Below, piece by piece: positions 13,066 to 28,262 of a DNA stretch of 64,000 bases (its first letter is position 1; each line of letters opens with the position of its first letter). The stretch is from Camelus ferus (Eukaryota): assembly GCF_009834535.1 (NCBI RefSeq), contig NC_045696.1, forward strand, positions 69,008,001-69,072,000, given 5' to 3'. Under the pieces are notes generated by a model. It saw only the letters and a program-made list of their open reading frames with translations. It searched no databases and was not told the origin of the DNA. Made by a program: the position numbers and the translations under genes.

Positions 13066-14151
13066 CATCCCGTGCTCCCCTCCAGCCGCCCCCTAGCTTC
13101 AGCTTTGGGGGCTTTGTGGTCAAATCTGCTCTTTCTAGCCTGCCTCTCCCACTTCCGTACAATCTGACAGCCCAGGAGGCTTGCCAGCAGGGCTTTGGAG
13201 AAGGAAGCAGGAAGGTCTTTAGACTTTAGAAATGCTGTTTATCTGTAATTGTAGCTCCAGGCATCCATAATTAGGAAGGTTAATTTACTTCTAAAGAAAT
13301 TGCATAACACCTTCTCCAGGAAGAGACGTTTTAAAGATTTTCTACTGTGCTCCGTGGTATCTGACTCCTACCCCCACTTGAAATAATCTAAAATCAAGAG
13401 AGCTGACCATCAAGAAGATAGGGGCGTCTTGGACATCCCCTTGCTTATTCAGATTTTGGGCTAAATCTGACCAGGTTTGCCCTTGCCCAGGAAAACTCGA
13501 ATTAAATTAGAGGTAGGGTTTGAGGAATAGTATATATGATTATTTTCAAGACTCCTGGAGGATCATCTTAAGAATCCAGAGACCAGCATGTGGCCAGGTG
13601 TCAGCAGGAGCTCTGTAAATGTTTGTTGAATGAAACTTCTGCACAAATCTGACAAAACTTATTGGTGATGATCACAGTATTCAGTTAACCACCCCACCCC
13701 TGCTCATTCAATTCCTGTTAAAGGGGAAAGCAGATTTTATTTTTAGAAAAGTGGCTAGGCAGGCAGCTAGTGAGAGAGAGAGGAGGAGGGGAGGACTGAG
13801 GCATTTCCAGAAAGATAGTTTCTGATTTCAGTTTATGACAGAAAGTCTTATGGAAAAGCCCAGGGCTCTTGTTTAATTGTGGATGACCCTGAGTTCGTTA
13901 TATTCAGTATATGAAGAGATGATGAGTTGCTAAAGAAAAAGAACAAAAAGTGGAGCATTAAGGGATCAGGACTGAGGGGGTGAAGTGGGGTAGAGGGAGG
14001 GAGGCAGGTGCAAATGTACATACAATGGCCAAGGTAGGTAGGTGTCCTTGAAGAAGGGAGTTGGAGAAAATCTCAAAGGTGAAGATCACTAGACATCTGG
14101 GAGAGCGCAGCCCCAGAGCTACAGGACAGCCCTCAGCTTGGAGCCTCCTGG

Positions 14152-14585
14152 TGCAGTTTGCAGCAACATGGATGCTCCTGGAGAATGTCATTCTAAGTGA
14201 AGTAAGCCAGAAAGAGAAAGAAAAATACCATATGAGATCGCTCATATGTGGAATCTAAAAAACAAAAACAAAGCGTAAATACAGGACAGAAATAGACTCA
14301 TAGACAGAGAATACAGACTTGTGGTTGCCAGGGGGGTGGAGGGTGGGAAGGGATAGACTGAGATTTCAAAATTATAGAATAGATAAACAAGATTATACTG
14401 TATAGCACAGGGAAATATACACAAAATGTTATGATAACTCACAGAGAAAAAAATGTGACAATGAGTGTGTATATGTCCATGAATGACTGAAAAATTGTGC
14501 TGAACACTGGAATTTGACACAACATTGTAAAATGATTATAAATCAATAAAAAATGTTAAAAAAAAAAGAAAGCAAAAAGAAAAAA
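14152..14585 (+). mobile_element. Young 5'-truncated L1 3' end
   Basis: ORF2 C-terminus FAATWMLLENVILSEVSQKEKEKYHMRSLICGI, L1 3' UTR, AATAAA and poly-A. Confidence 0.9.
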
Positions 14586-16517
14586 TATTAACCACTGCTA
14601 ATATTTTGTTGGAAATCTTTATAAATATCTCCCTAAACACATGCACATAATGTTAATTTTATAATATACATATTAAAATTTTACATGTGTATATAGAGAG
14701 AATATGCACATACTCCATATAAGTGTAATATCTATATATTTCATGTAAATGATATAACATTTTCACTAAAAATACAGAAATTTTTCATGTCAGTGACTAT
14801 AGAACCACATTATCCTGATTACTGCTTACATCGTACTCTGTTTTGTTAGAGCTACTAGAAATTATGAACTAATTCTCTATTTTGGGCATTTAGGCTATTA
14901 TCCAATCATTGCTACAGTGAACAACCTTGCATATTTATGTACATCAAGGTTAACATATTTTTAGTGGAATGATACATTTTGATTAATCAGTTGGCTGTTG
15001 AACTAACCTCAGGGTGACAAGCTCTTCCTGAGAAAGGACATGTAGTCATTGCCTATTAGACCCATTTTCCTCCCTCTGTCCTGGCACAGTTTTCAACATA
15101 AGAAATTTTTCCCTCGTCTCGTCCTCATCCCCAAGTCTCCCAGGTTTGTCCTGGGCCGACTGGGCAACATCACCCTCTCAGTGGGTAACAACGGGGATAT
15201 CGTTGAAATTATAACTGGTACCTTTTCCTTCCCTCTCTGAGCTTTTGTGATGTTGTTACGACCTGAAATATTCTCCCTGGGCTGTTTCTTAGAAACACAG
15301 ACATTTCACCCTGAGCTCCCAAACACCTGAGGCTTGTAGCCCCTTTCACCCGCCACTCCGCGTAACCGACTGCATATACATATTGAGGTTACTGTGTCGT
15401 ACAGTGGATTCTTGTCATTGAAGAAGGTAACATCGAATGTGTCATCTAGTCACTGAGAGTGTCAAGTCCATTCAACGTCATCAGTAATTGGCATTTTGCT
15501 GGGTACCAAGATCTCCCCCTGTAGATCCTATTGTATGTCCTTGCAGTTGAGCCTCAATTTCCTCATCTGTACATGAAGAAGTTTGGGCAAGATGATTCCT
15601 GAAGTCCCTATTACACTTAAGGCCATAAAACTGAATGGACTCAGCTAAACAAACGGATGAGCACGTTACTTGAGGGCAAACTTCTTATGGCTTAATTGGA
15701 AATCAGAGCTATAAATTGGTGTGACCTCACTAACAGCTCAGGACCACAGAGAGAGAAGTGTCGCAAGGACATCTGGAGTAATTATGACAATAGCACAGCT
15801 GAAGGAAGCTCTGAGGAGACAGGTATTGAAGAGGTAAGAGGTGGCGAGGAAATGTCAGCCTCAGCCTATTTACAAAGAAGAAATTTTACCCTGTATCCTG
15901 TCTCCAGTTACATCTGCAAGGTTTCAGGTTCCCTGGGCTCTTCGCTTCGGTACTCTGTCCCCAGATCACCCTGGCTATATTTGAATTGTCAGTCTCTTTC
16001 CATCCTGCCCCCTACTCAGCGGACTCCCCTGCATGATTGGGCTAGAATGCAGTCACACAAATGAAGTTCCTCCCACAGAGGAACCTGGATACGGCAGTGC
16101 CCAACAGGAAGAGACAGATCTGACAGGAGATGATGGGTGTTTATATTGATGTTACCATACTTCGTGTTAAAAAGCGTACAGTACACTCAGAAATGAAGGC
16201 TCCAGGAAGGAGAGCTTAGAGTAAAGTTATAAATTACAAAGGATATGGAATTCTGATTCTCAAGATTTCATATGCCACCACCCTTCTCAAAGTGTCAGTC
16301 ACTTTACAAAACTAAAAGCCAGTTCTGACTTGCAAGAAACAAAAGGTTGATTCTGCCAGGGCTTGATTTCCCTGCTCCCTCAGACTCTTCCATTTGCTTT
16401 CACTACCTACCTCTCTCATGGGACCTGGTCTCCACTAGTTTTGCATGTAGTCCTGACTTGAACTTTGGCTGTCCTTTGTTGACAAGTTGTATCACATCCT
16501 GACAAGCCTGATGGCTG

Positions 16518-16860
16518 TTCCAGTTAGCTAATGCTGTATAACACACTTCCCTAAAACTTAGTGGCATAAAACATTTTATTATGCTCACAGATTCTGTGGG
16601 TTATGAGTTTAACAAAGGGTACAGAATGGCTCTGCTCTGCTCCATGATGTCTGGGGTCTCAGTTGAGATGACTCAGATGTCTGGGAATGACTCAAATGGC
16701 TGAGGGCTGCAACAGGTTGGGCTGAAGAACCCACTTGCAAGATGATTTCTCAATTAATATGCCTGACCTCTTGGCTGGGATGGCTGGAAAGCTGGGCTCT
16801 GCTGGCACTGTCTACCAGAGTGCCTACACCTACATTCTCCAGCATGGCAATGCCAGGGGA
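16518..16860. mobile_element. MLT1-type LTR remnant
   Basis: AAACTTAGTGGCATAAAAC...GCTCACAGATTCTGTGGG...CTCTGCTCCATGATGTCTGGGG. Confidence 0.65.
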
Positions 16861-17017
16861 TTGAGTAACAAGGGAAATTTTGCTCTGAGGATGTAGATGA
16901 ATCCAGAATGGGAAACTCTCCACATCTGGCTTGGTGCTATTGCAAGTCAATATCATGTGGGAGGAAGATAACTGTTTTTGATTAAATAAGACTAAAAGGA
17001 CATAATAAGACATACAC

Positions 17018-17062
<45 letters not shown>
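17018..17062. repeat. (ATT)n microsatellite, tail of adjacent L1 fragment
   Basis: Direct inspection. Confidence 0.95.
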
Positions 17063-17066
<4 letters not shown>

Positions 17067-17325
17067 GTGAGTTTAATGTGTCAGTTTCTGGTGTACAGCA
17101 TAATGTCCCAGTCATACACACACACACACACAAACACACATATTTGCTTTCATATTCTTTTTTATTAAAGGTTGTTGCAAGATACTGAATATAGTTCCCT
17201 GTGCTATACAGAAGAAATTTGTTTTTTATCTATTTTTATATATAGAGGTTAACATTTGCAAATCTCAAACTCCCAAATTTATCCCTTTGCACTCCCTTTC
17301 CTCTGGTAAACATAAGATGGTTTAT
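17063..17325 (-). mobile_element. L1 3' UTR fragment
   Basis: Reverse complement of the same L1 3' UTR as 45146 and 47287; TSD-like AGACATACA on both sides. Confidence 0.8.
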
Positions 17326-17639
17326 TGAGACATACATCTTGATTAACTCTTAATTGGAATAAAAGAATATAAAAGAGAAATTTGAGGATGATTGGGAAAG
17401 TTTGAACATTGAATAAAAGCCAATATTAATGAATTATTGCTCATTTAGAAATGAAAAATAATAAATGTAATCATCATCATAATAAGTATAATTTAATAAT
17501 TTTTTCCAGTGTGCTTGTATGTACATAATCATTTTACCACATTTGCTTTAGTAATGGTTATATCTAGATCATATGTGGAGAATATAGAAGGAATAATTAC
17601 AGTCTTCTTTCCATTTTTGTGTGAGCTTAAAATTTGTAA

Positions 17640-20200
17640 TTAATTTGTAAAAAATGTACCTCATTGCATTTTTTATTGTAGTAAAATATGCATAACATAA
17701 AATTGATGATTTAACTATTTTAAAGTGTACAGTTAAGTGGCATTAAGTACATCCACTGTGTTGTATATCTCATTGTGTTCTTAATCGAATTTATATTAAG
17801 GTAAAATTAATATACAAAAAAATGCACTTTTTTGTATGTAAATTGTACATACATGTATGATGGAATTAGTTTTGAAAAATATATACTCCCATGTAACCAC
17901 CAATGCATCAAAATGTAAATTTTCTTCATGTCCCTTTGCAGTCAGTCACTCCTTACCACCACCTTATGCAGCGATCACTGACCTTATTTCTATTACTATA
18001 GCACAGATCTACACCTCAAAATAAATGGAATCACATAGTATTTACAATTCTGAGTGTACCCTTTTATTCACTCAACCTTTTTTTAGATTGGTCTATGCTG
18101 TTGCAAGTATCAGAAATTTGTTCCTTTTACTTGCTGAGTGGTCATCTACTGCATGAATGAATATACAACAATTTGTTTATCCATTTATCTGTAGATAAAG
18201 ATTTGGGCTGTTTTCAGTTTGTGGCTCTTATGAATTGTGAATAAAATAGCTAATGAATGTTCATATACAGAACTTTTTGTAGACAGCTGTTTTCATTTCT
18301 CTAAGTTATATGGTAAACGTATGTTTTACTTGATAAGAAACCACTGCTTTTCTAATGTAGTTGTGCCATTTTCCATCTCTAACAACAAAGTAGGAATGTT
18401 CTCACTGCCATGTAGCCATTCTGGTGTCTATGAAGTGGTGTTCTCCATGATTTAATTTTTATTTCCCTTATTATTAATGATGCTGAGTATAATTTCATGA
18501 GTTGATTGAACATTCATATACCTTTGTGAAGTATCTATTCATATTTCTCCCTTTAAACAAAATAAGATTATTTGTCTTCTTAATCTTGAGTTGTTAGTGT
18601 ACTGACGTGTGGATCTAATTCTGCATTTTCTATTCTGACCTACTGACTCATATGACTAACCTCCTGCCAAGACCACACTGCCTTGATTTTTATAGCCAAA
18701 TATGTCTTGAAATCAAGTAGTTTAAGTCTCCAATTTTGTTCTTTTTTTGCCAAAATTGCTTTGGCTATTCAAGGTCTTTTATATTTCCAAATAAACTTTA
18801 GAAACAGCTTGTCAAACTCCACAAAATGGCCTGGTGGGGTTTTGACTGTGGTTGAATCAAGTCTATAGATAAATTTGGGAAGAACTGCCATCTTAATAAT
18901 AATGAAACTTCCTGTCCATGAACTCCGATTTTTTTTTCTAATTTATCAGCATGTTTTGTCATTTTTTTAAACATTTTTTATTGAGTTATAATCATTTTAC
19001 AATGTTGTGTCAAGTTCCAGTGTAGAGCACAATTTTTCAGTTGTACATGAACATATATATATTCATTGTCACATTTTTTTCTCTGTGAGCTACCATAAGA
19101 TCTTGTATATATTTCCCTATGCTATGCAGTATAATCCTGTTTATCTGTTCTACATTTTGAAATCCCAGTCTGTCCCTTCCCACCCCCCGCCCCCTTGGCA
19201 ACCATAAGTTTGTATTCTATGTCTATGAATCTGTTTCTGTTTTGTATTTATGTTTTGTTTGTTTGTTTGTTTTGTCATTTTCAATATGGAGATTTTAAAT
19301 AGTTTGATGTTATTACACATTCTATTTTTTAAATGACATCTCATTGTGATTTTAGTTTTAATTTCCTAGATTGCTAATAAGAATAACCACCTTTTAATAT
19401 GTTTTTGACCAATTATGTATTCTTTCATATTTTGATCAATTTTTATAGAGCTATTTTAGTTCTTTCTATTTTCTGAATACTAATTTTTTATCATCAGTGA
19501 TATGTGTTACAAATAATATCTTCCAATCTGTGGCTTCTTCCTTTCACTTTCTTTGGGGGTATTATCTGGTTAATAGAAGTTTTTAATGTCATTATAATAT
19601 GATATAAATATCTTTCCTTTATTGTTTATGCCTTTTGAGTCTTGTTTATAAAATTCTTCCTTTCCTTGTATTTTCTCCTAAAATGTTTATGTTTTCTCTT
19701 TCATATTTAAGTCCTTAACTTTCTTGGAATTAACTCATGCATATGGTACAAAGAAAGAATTCAATTTCATAGTTTTAAAAATCTGTATAACCAATTATTC
19801 CAGCATCATTTATTGAATTAGCCACTGTTGTCCCACTGATCTGTGAAGTAGACTTCATTGTGAATAAAATTTTCCTGTATTCATGGATTCATATCTGATT
19901 GTATTTGTTTTTTTATTCCTGAACTAAACTACATTGTCTTAATTACTATAGCTTTATAATAAGTCTTATTATCTAGAACAACTTTTCTAACCATGTTCTT
20001 CTTTCAAAGAATCTTAGCTCTTCTCAGCTCTTTGCTCTTCTCAGCTCTTTGCTCTTCCATAAAAATGTTAGAATCAGCCTGTCAAGTTCCATGAAAACCT
20101 TGTTGGGATTTGACTGGAATAACATTGACTTTATAGATTATTTTGGGAATAATTGACTTCTTTATAAGAGTGAGCCTTTCTGTCCATTAACCATGTCTTA
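17640..20200 (-). mobile_element. Cluster of old L1 (L1M-type) fragments
   Basis: T-rich antisense L1 ORF2/3' UTR motifs, e.g. AAAATTGCTTTGGCTATTC, ATAAATTTGGGAAGAACTG. Confidence 0.7.
18966..19268 (-). mobile_element. Young L1 3' end nested in older L1
   Basis: Closely similar to the reverse complement of 14265-14560; TSD GTTTTGTCATTTT on both sides. Confidence 0.88.
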
Positions 20201-22794
20201 TTTTCAATCTCATCTTCTGATCTTCATCAAGCAAATCATCAGGCCCAGAGGAGAAATTCAACATATTTTGTTGAATGGCTTGATTAATTGTTGAGTGGGG
20301 TAAACCTACCTAGGCACCTCTGGGAGCTCTTTGCCACTGCATTGCTACCAGGCAGTCTTATTTGCAATGAAATATCTCCAAGATTTCCTAACAGGGATTT
20401 AGTGACCCAGAGAACAGACACAAGGCAGGAGGAAAGGCGAGGGTAAGGGTTTCCAGGTGATGCCCACAGAAGTTTGTTGCAATACAGCGTTTGTTGACTA
20501 CCCCCAGCTGGGCTTTGTGCGTTATCTATGGAGCACAACCCGTCTCAGCAGGCACAACCAGTTCAATCACGGTGTGTTTAATATTAACAGAGGAAAGGAT
20601 GATGGTGGGGGAGGGGGTACTGTCAAAACCATTTTAAACAAAGTGGAAGTCTTCCACTGTGATTAATATTCAGGAAAACTGATAGAATCACTTTTATTTG
20701 TACTCTGGTGAGAAGGTAACCAAGTAAAGTGTTCACCTTAACCCCATGACAAATTGAGTTTTTACAGGTTTTAATACAGTGAAGCTTTAAGAACGGATTA
20801 GTAAACTTACTGCTTAACATTTTGTGTCAACAAATAGTTTGAACTCATGAATTTTCCTACTAGACTCTGGTTTATGACATGAACAATGTAACAAAAGCAT
20901 TAAAAAAAACAAACAAACAAAAATACCCATACAATCTGCACATCAGAAAAAGGAGCTGTCAAATGTGTGATCACTTAAGAGAACGCTCTCCCCCTATTAA
21001 AACTGTTAATGGCTTAGGAAAAATTACAACATAAAGGAGGCAACAGAAGTGTATTCACTTCGGAGCATTTTTAGTCTTCAATCTTGGAGATGATCACTAT
21101 ACTAGTTAGGAGCTGCCTAACATTCTGAAATGAGAAATGTTTATTTCTGATTTTAATCCTCCTCCATTTAAGAAGAGAGGGTAACGTGCTGTTTTTCCAC
21201 AAGGCTGTATGCAGAAACTTTATATGGAGAACTCAGTGTCTCCTTTTACTACGGGCAGTCTTGCAGGGAGTGGATGGAGAGCAGACCGATGGCTCGGGTT
21301 GGTCCCCCTTCTTCAAATCTTGAACCTCCCATAACCCACACATATCCCAAAACTTCAAAATCTCTCGTCACAGCAGACCTTACTGATTTCTCCTGCTGCT
21401 TGATTTCATATTGATCTCTGAGGGTTTTGCTCAGAAAAAGGAAACCATTAGGAAAGTGCTGACTTGGAAGGAAAACGGGGATAAGAAAAGGATGTTTACC
21501 CAGTAGAGGAGGAAACCAGGCTCAGTGATAAACTGACAAAGGGAAATGGTGCCTCTGGTTAATCTGGCCAACTGACTCTGCCGTAAACACTTCCTGCCCT
21601 TTTCTGAGAAACCATAATTAACCTGAAAATTTACTTGGATAGACTGAAAAGTGAATCAGAAATCTCATCACAATTGGGGATCAAGGCTCTTAGCAGCAGT
21701 GATCTACCCCCAAAGCGCTTCACCAACCAGCACCCATCAGCCTTAGAAGACATTTTCATCAGGCTCATGTGCCCATAAATTCTAAATTCCTCACCCGCTA
21801 CTACTCATATCATCATCCCTCGACATATAGATAGCCCTGTGTTAAAATAACTCAGAGTACACTATGGAAATTTAAGATAAACAAATAAATGCATCAAGAG
21901 GTAATAATTCACAACACAGAGGTGACATCCGAAGATTCTCTTTAGTAAAACAGAATTCCTAGGAGGAAGTGGCCTTGCTGCAACTTCAAACGTCCCAATG
22001 TTAAGGAGGACACAGAGGATTTCCCTGAATGAACTGATATACACACCACTCCCTCAAGAGCACAGCCTGAATGTGACAGGATAGATAAGTGTGCCAAACC
22101 CAGTGATTGTTTATCCTCTGTGAATAGAGGTGAGACCCCCACCCGCACCCAACACACACTCATACTTCGCCTTTCACCTGGCTCCTTCCAACGTTCCAGA
22201 TGGCTAAGCAGGAGAAGTTAGTCTATAATTAGGTAGAGCCTAACTTAACAAATCTAATACAAAAATATCTCTAAAACTGAATCTTTCTTCCTCAACTCAA
22301 TTACTACTGCTTTTGTCTTCACCTTCCGGGACTCATGATCTCCAGTCTGGTCTTTCAACATCAAAATTGCCAGCAAGTGACCTTCATACAGTGCCAGGCT
22401 GATGTTATTCTACCTGCTTAGAAGATTTTTTGGCCTCCCATCACCAAAAGAAGACATTCAAACACTCCACCAGCTCTTGCCATATCCAACCTCATCTCTG
22501 CTCTTTTCTCTTACATATGTTTCTCCCCAATCATGTTAAACCTTGCCTTTTCAGCCCATTTATCCTTTTTCGACTTTGTACCTGCTCTAAACTCTTACTG
22601 GAATGTAGCAAGTTCCTTCTTATCTTTTAAGACCAAGTTCAAATGTTATCTCCAAAACACAAAATTCCTTAGCTCTCTGGCAACCTAAAGCATATTTTAT
22701 TAATTTTATGGGAACAATTATTACATTAAGGAAAATTATGTGTGTTGTGTCTACCTTTTTTCTAGATAAATGTTTTCTGGATGATGGTAATGTT

Positions 22795-22975
22795 CTTCTG
22801 TGTTGTCCAATAAGATAGCTACTAGTTACATGTAGCTATTAAGCACTTGAAATGTGATTAATATTACTAAAGAACTGAATTTTTAATTTATTTTTATTTT
22901 ATTTAGAGTAATTTAAATTAAAAAAAATTTGAAGCCACACATGGCTAGTGGCTGCTAAATTGGACAGCACAGTTC
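22795..22975. mobile_element. MER3-like non-autonomous hAT element within an L2 remnant
   Basis: Terminal inverted repeats CTGTGTTGTCCAAT / ATTGGACAGCACAG. Confidence 0.75.
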
Positions 22976-24299
22976 CTGCATAATAGTTGATGGTCAATAC
23001 ATTTTTGTTGAATGGATAAATGGATGAGTGGACATAATGTCACTGTTTTATACTTCAGGACTTTGTAACATATATAGTTGTTATATACGTCTTCTAGCCT
23101 AGGAAGAACACAAGGTTTCTCAAATGTATCTAAGAGACATCCAAAAACCATAGTGCTAATTTCAGAACACAATGAAATTGATATATTTAATTTAGGTTTA
23201 TAAATCAGGAATCAGAAAATGTTACCATATTATATCCCCCAAATAATACATAGAGTATTTTAAAGATCACATTTTATCAGGATAAATCTTTTTACCAAAT
23301 TAATGAGAAAGTTGAAACTGATCGTTTGAACAAAAAACCTTGGTATCAGATATTTGATGATTACATGTTTGTTTCCAGGACTGCACTCAGGGTCCTGCTG
23401 TGTTTCATCTTGAGGAAACGTGGTTGGAGTATTGAGTTTACCTGCGAGTGACGGTGGAGGTGGGAAGTTGGAGAATAAAGGAATAAGAAATGTCAGCAGC
23501 AGTAATAAATCACCCCTAAAATTTCATAGCATGATAAATCTTAATAAAGCTTTATCACTTACTCATGTCATAGTCTGATGTAAGTTGGGGATCTCTCCAT
23601 AGAGGCTCTCTTCCAAAAGGTGGCTCTGGAATACAGAATCCTCCATCCTGTGACTATCATCATTCATCATTAACACTTTGGCCTCTGCTCTCACTATGGA
23701 GGGGAACACAGTGTGTGGGAAGGCACATGAGATACTTAATTACTTCAGCCTGGAAGTGGCCCCCTTTTGTGCTTACATTCCACTGGCCAGACCTAATCAT
23801 GGGTCCAAGGTAACTACAAGGAGACTGGGAGATAGGGAGAAGCATGCAGGTATTAGTGAGTTCCAGTGGTCTCTGTCACAGTGCTTAAGGCAATAGCCAA
23901 ATTCATCAAAATTACCCTTTACAATCTTTTTTTAAGAATTTTGAGTAGATCTGAAATAGTTGGCTTGTGTCAGTGGCTATATTGAAGAAATAATATCCAT
24001 CTTTAGACAATGGATAATACTTAGCCAGGGGAGAAGCTCATGTCTCAGAGAGATAACTGAAGACCAGCAAAGGATACAACAGATTCACATCTTGGTTCTC
24101 ATGTTCACTGGGAGGGTCATAACTCCCTACATATCTCTCTCAATAAATGTGCATTTTTAATGACACTGCACTATAATAGGAATAGATGAGGTGCAATGGT
24201 ACCTTCTTTTGTTGTAGCTGGGACATCAGGGACATTTTTGTCTCTTAACTGATCAGGTTACTACTTTAAAATATCTTAAATCTCTACTACACTTGCATT

Positions 24300-25100
24300 C
24301 CAATGTCCCTTCCCTTTATTACTGAAGACAGGGAGTATGCTGTTGCCTGGACTGGGTCACAATTTCCATTTTCCAGAGAAAACACTCCCTCATTGAAAGC
24401 AGTTTGGCATGCAGACATGAACAGCATTGTAAATCATTCCTCATAGAATCATCCATCATGAAATAATTCTCTGAGAGAAAGTTTTCCAGTGTGGAAAAAC
24501 AACTCAATAGAACTTTTTCTTCATTTGAATACCAGAATTCTTGCTTCCTTTTTTGTGGCTGTAATTTTGTCATGACTAAGGAAGACAGTAAGGTCTTTGT
24601 TATGCAGGATCAAATTTATCGTATTCATATTTACTAAAAATCAGTGTGTCTGCCAAGCAAGCGAGACTATGAACCAGATAATATCATGCTGCCAGTAAGT
24701 CAAAGGGAATGTGTGAATCTGAGAAACAGCTGCTACTTCAACTCTCAACTGAATACTGACTCACCCGTTGCCAGACCTCAGTTGGTCAACAGCTGTGTGT
24801 GTGCAGCAGCAGAATATTAAGGAAGTTTTCTACAAGCTCAAATTATAGAAAACAGTTAAGCTTTCATAAGCCTGGATTTTATGAAGTTTACTGTTAGTAA
24901 CATCATTGAAACACATTCATGAATCTGTGAGGCATTCTTCTCATCTCCATTTTCTGGCTGTAATTAATACAGACACACCAGCCCAGAGTTGAGGTTTCCA
25001 AATTACTTGGGCCCTGACACCATTCTCCCAAATAAGCAGGCATTTTGCCCAATTTCTATCCACATCTGCCAATACGTTTCATTTCTAGGTATAATATTTA
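24300..25100 (-). mobile_element. Decayed Buster/Charlie-type hAT transposase, catalytic/C-terminal region
   Basis: Manual minus-strand translation across frameshifts gives, in the expected order: NGVRAQV, VNFIKSRL, LLLHT, LACLAD-IFSK-MNTINLILHNKDLTVFLSHDKI, KRKQEFW, CFSTLENFLSEN. Confidence 0.8.
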
Positions 25101-25124
25101 TCCAAATAAGTTCCTGTGACACCC

Positions 25125-25490
25125 TGTTATAGACTGTATGTTTGTGTCCCCCTAAAAATTCGTATATTGAAGCCTAAATCCTCAATCTAACAGTATTTAG
25201 AAGTGAGGCCTTTTGGGAATTAATTAGGTCGTGAGGGTGGAGTTCTCATGAATAGGATTAGCGACATTATAAGAAGAGACAGAAGGGAGGTGATTACTCT
25301 CTCTTCATCATATAAGGACCCAGTGAGAAGACAGCCATCTGCAAACAAGGAAGAGGACCCTCCCCAGATCTGAAGACCATGATCGCACCCTGATCTCAGA
25401 CTTCCCAGCTTCCAGAACTGTGAGAGATAAATTTCTATTGTTTTAGTCACCTGGTCTGTGGCATTCTGTTATAGCAACCCCGGCTGCTAT
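25125..25490. mobile_element. MLT1-type solo LTR
   Basis: TGTTATAGACTGTATGTTTGTGTCCCCC...CAGCTTCCAGAACTGTGAGAGATAAATTTCT. Confidence 0.8.
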
Positions 25491-25604
25491 GTTTGCTCCT
25501 TGCTGGGTCTTGCAATAAATGCTGCACTTTCCTCCACCACAACCCAGTGTTAGTAGTCCAGCTTTACTGAACACAGGCAAGCAGACCTAAGTTTGGTTCG
25601 GGAA

Positions 25605-28262
25605 CAAAACTAAATTCAGCAATATACAAAGTATATACATGATCAAATGAAATTTATTCCAGGGAAGAAAGATTGGTTTAACATTTGGAAATCAATCAAT
25701 GCAATTTAGCACATCCACAGAGAAAGGAAGGGAAATAATATGACTATCTTAAAAGATCTCCTGTCCCCTAAAAAAAATCTGCAAAAACACAACACTCATT
25801 CATAATTAAAAAATAATAACTCTCAGAAAACTGTAAATGGAAGAGTGAATGCTTTCCAACTAAAATCAAGCACAAGACAAAGAAATCCACTCTTCCAAGT
25901 TCTATTCAACATTGTACTAATGCAATAAAGGAAGAAAAGAAAAAATAAATGAAAGGCATACATCAGAAAGGAAAAAATAAAATTGATCATGATTCTGTAG
26001 ACAAAAAATCCCTGATAGTCTACAATAAAAGCAATTAGAACTAGTAAGTGAGTCTATCAAGGTCACAGAATACAAAACCAATACACAAAATAAACAAAAA
26101 TCAATTATATTTTCATATACTAGCAACAAATAACTGGATATTGGAATTTATTTAAAAAAATGCCAATTTAAAAAAATGCCAATTATAATATTTAAAACAT
26201 GAAATACTGAAGAATAAATATAACAAAATCTCTATAAGATGTCCTGAAAATTCAATACCATTTGATCCAGCAATTCTACTTCTAGATATATACCCAAGAG
26301 AAATGAGAACATACCCACACCAAAAAGTGTACATAAGCATTCAAACATAGCAGCATTATTTATAATAGTCAAAAAGTGGGAATAACCCAAATGCCTTTCA
26401 ATTGATAAGTGGGTGAATAAAATGGGTTTCTATCCATACAATGGAATATTATCCCACAATAAAAATGGATGAAGTACTGATATATGCTACAATATTGGTG
26501 AAGATTGAAAACATTACGCTAGGGAAAATAAGCCAGTCACAAAAGGTCACAGGTTATGAGTCCATTTACATGAAATGTTCATAATATGCAAATCTATAAA
26601 GAGAAAGTGGATTATTGTTTGCCTAGAAGGGAGGTGTAAGAGATAAGGCTGAACTGAGAGTAGAGAGTGACTGCTAATGATTACAGGTTTCTTTTAGGAA
26701 GAATGAAAATATTCTAAAATTAGATTGTGGTGATATTTGCACTAGAATATCATTGACTAGCACTCTACAATCAGTGAATTGTATGGTATATAAATTATAT
26801 CTCAGTAAAGCTATTTAAAAATCACAGGAGAAATTTTTTTCTTAACATTGGGATAGGCAAAAAAATTCTTAAAAGGTTACAGAACATATAAAGAAACTAC
26901 AAAAGAAAAAGTTATAAATTGGACTCCATCAAAAGTTTTAAGTTTTGCTCTTCAAAAGACACCATTGAGAAAATAAAGTGGCAAGCCAGAGGTTCGGAGA
27001 AAATATTTATGATGCATATATCTGAAAAATGACTTGTATTTGTTATGTATAAAGAACTCTTACAACTCAATAATAAGACAAACAACCCAATTTAAAAACA
27101 AGCAAAACACACAGACATTTATAACAGCTTTATTCATAATTTCCGAAATTTGGAAGCAACTAAGATACTCTTCAGTAGAAACGGATACTGTGTTACAACC
27201 AGATAATGGAACATTATTCAGCCTTAAAAAGAAATAATGATCAAATCATGAAAAGCCATGGTGGAATCATAAATGCATACTACTAAGTGAAAGAAGCCAC
27301 TCTGAAAATGCTACATGCTGTATGATTCCAACTATATGACATTCTGGAGAAAACAAAACTACAGAGACAGTAAAAAGATCAGAGATTCCAAGGGGCTGGG
27401 GTAGGGTATTACTAGGTGGAGCAGAGAGGATTTTTAGGGCAATGAAAACACACTGTATGATACTATAGAAAGGATGCCCTGTACATTATTGTACATTTGT
27501 CCAAATCCATAGAATGTACAGCACCAAGAGTGAACCATCATGGAAACTATGGACGTTGGATGATTCTGATGTGTCAGTTTGTTTCACTAATTGTAACAAA
27601 TGTATCACACTAGTGGTGGTGTTGATAATGGAGAAGGCTATGCATATGTGGGAACAGAGGGTATATGAGAAATCTCTGTACTTTCCTCCTTAATTTTGCT
27701 TAAAAAGATTAAGTCATTTTTTTTTTAATGAGCAAAAGATTAGGGACTTCACAAAAGAATATATACAAAGAGCCATTATGCACACTTAAGAAGTTCAACC
27801 TCATTGGCCAATTAGGAAAACGTAAATCAAAACCAAGATGAAATCTCACTTCACACACACTAAAATAGCAAAAGGAAAAAGACTGAAAATAAGTATTGGC
27901 AAGGACGTGGAGTACCTGGAACTCTCATATGCTGCTTGTGGAAATATGAAATGGTTCAACTACTTTGGAAAAGTAGTTGAACATTTTCTTAAAAAGTTAA
28001 ATTTTCCCTTACCACTTGGCCCATAAATTCTACTTCTAGGTATTTACTCAAGAAAAATAGCCATATATGTCCAAAAAAGATACACAATGTTAATGTACAC
28101 AATGTTCATAACAGATTTATTCATAATAGTCAAATACTGGAAAAGTCTCAAGTGGTCACCAACAAATAGCTGGATAAATAAATTGTGTTATATCCTTAGA
28201 ATGGAATATTACTAAGCAATGAAAAGAAACAAGCTACTGATGCAGCAAGCAACATGAATGCT
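25605..28262 (+). mobile_element. Nested old L1 ORF2/3' UTR fragments
   Basis: A-rich L1 motifs GATCCAGCAATTCTACTTCTAG, CATACAATGGAATATTA, CTAAGTGAAAGAAGCCA. Confidence 0.8.

Noticed and set aside
15049..15545. Non-repetitive-looking stretch with some CpGs, possible pseudogene
   Set aside because: No recognisable protein or RNA similarity by eye; needs a database search
16750..17139. 129-aa ORF with poly-Asn
   Set aside because: Produced by the (ATT)n microsatellite and flanking repeats
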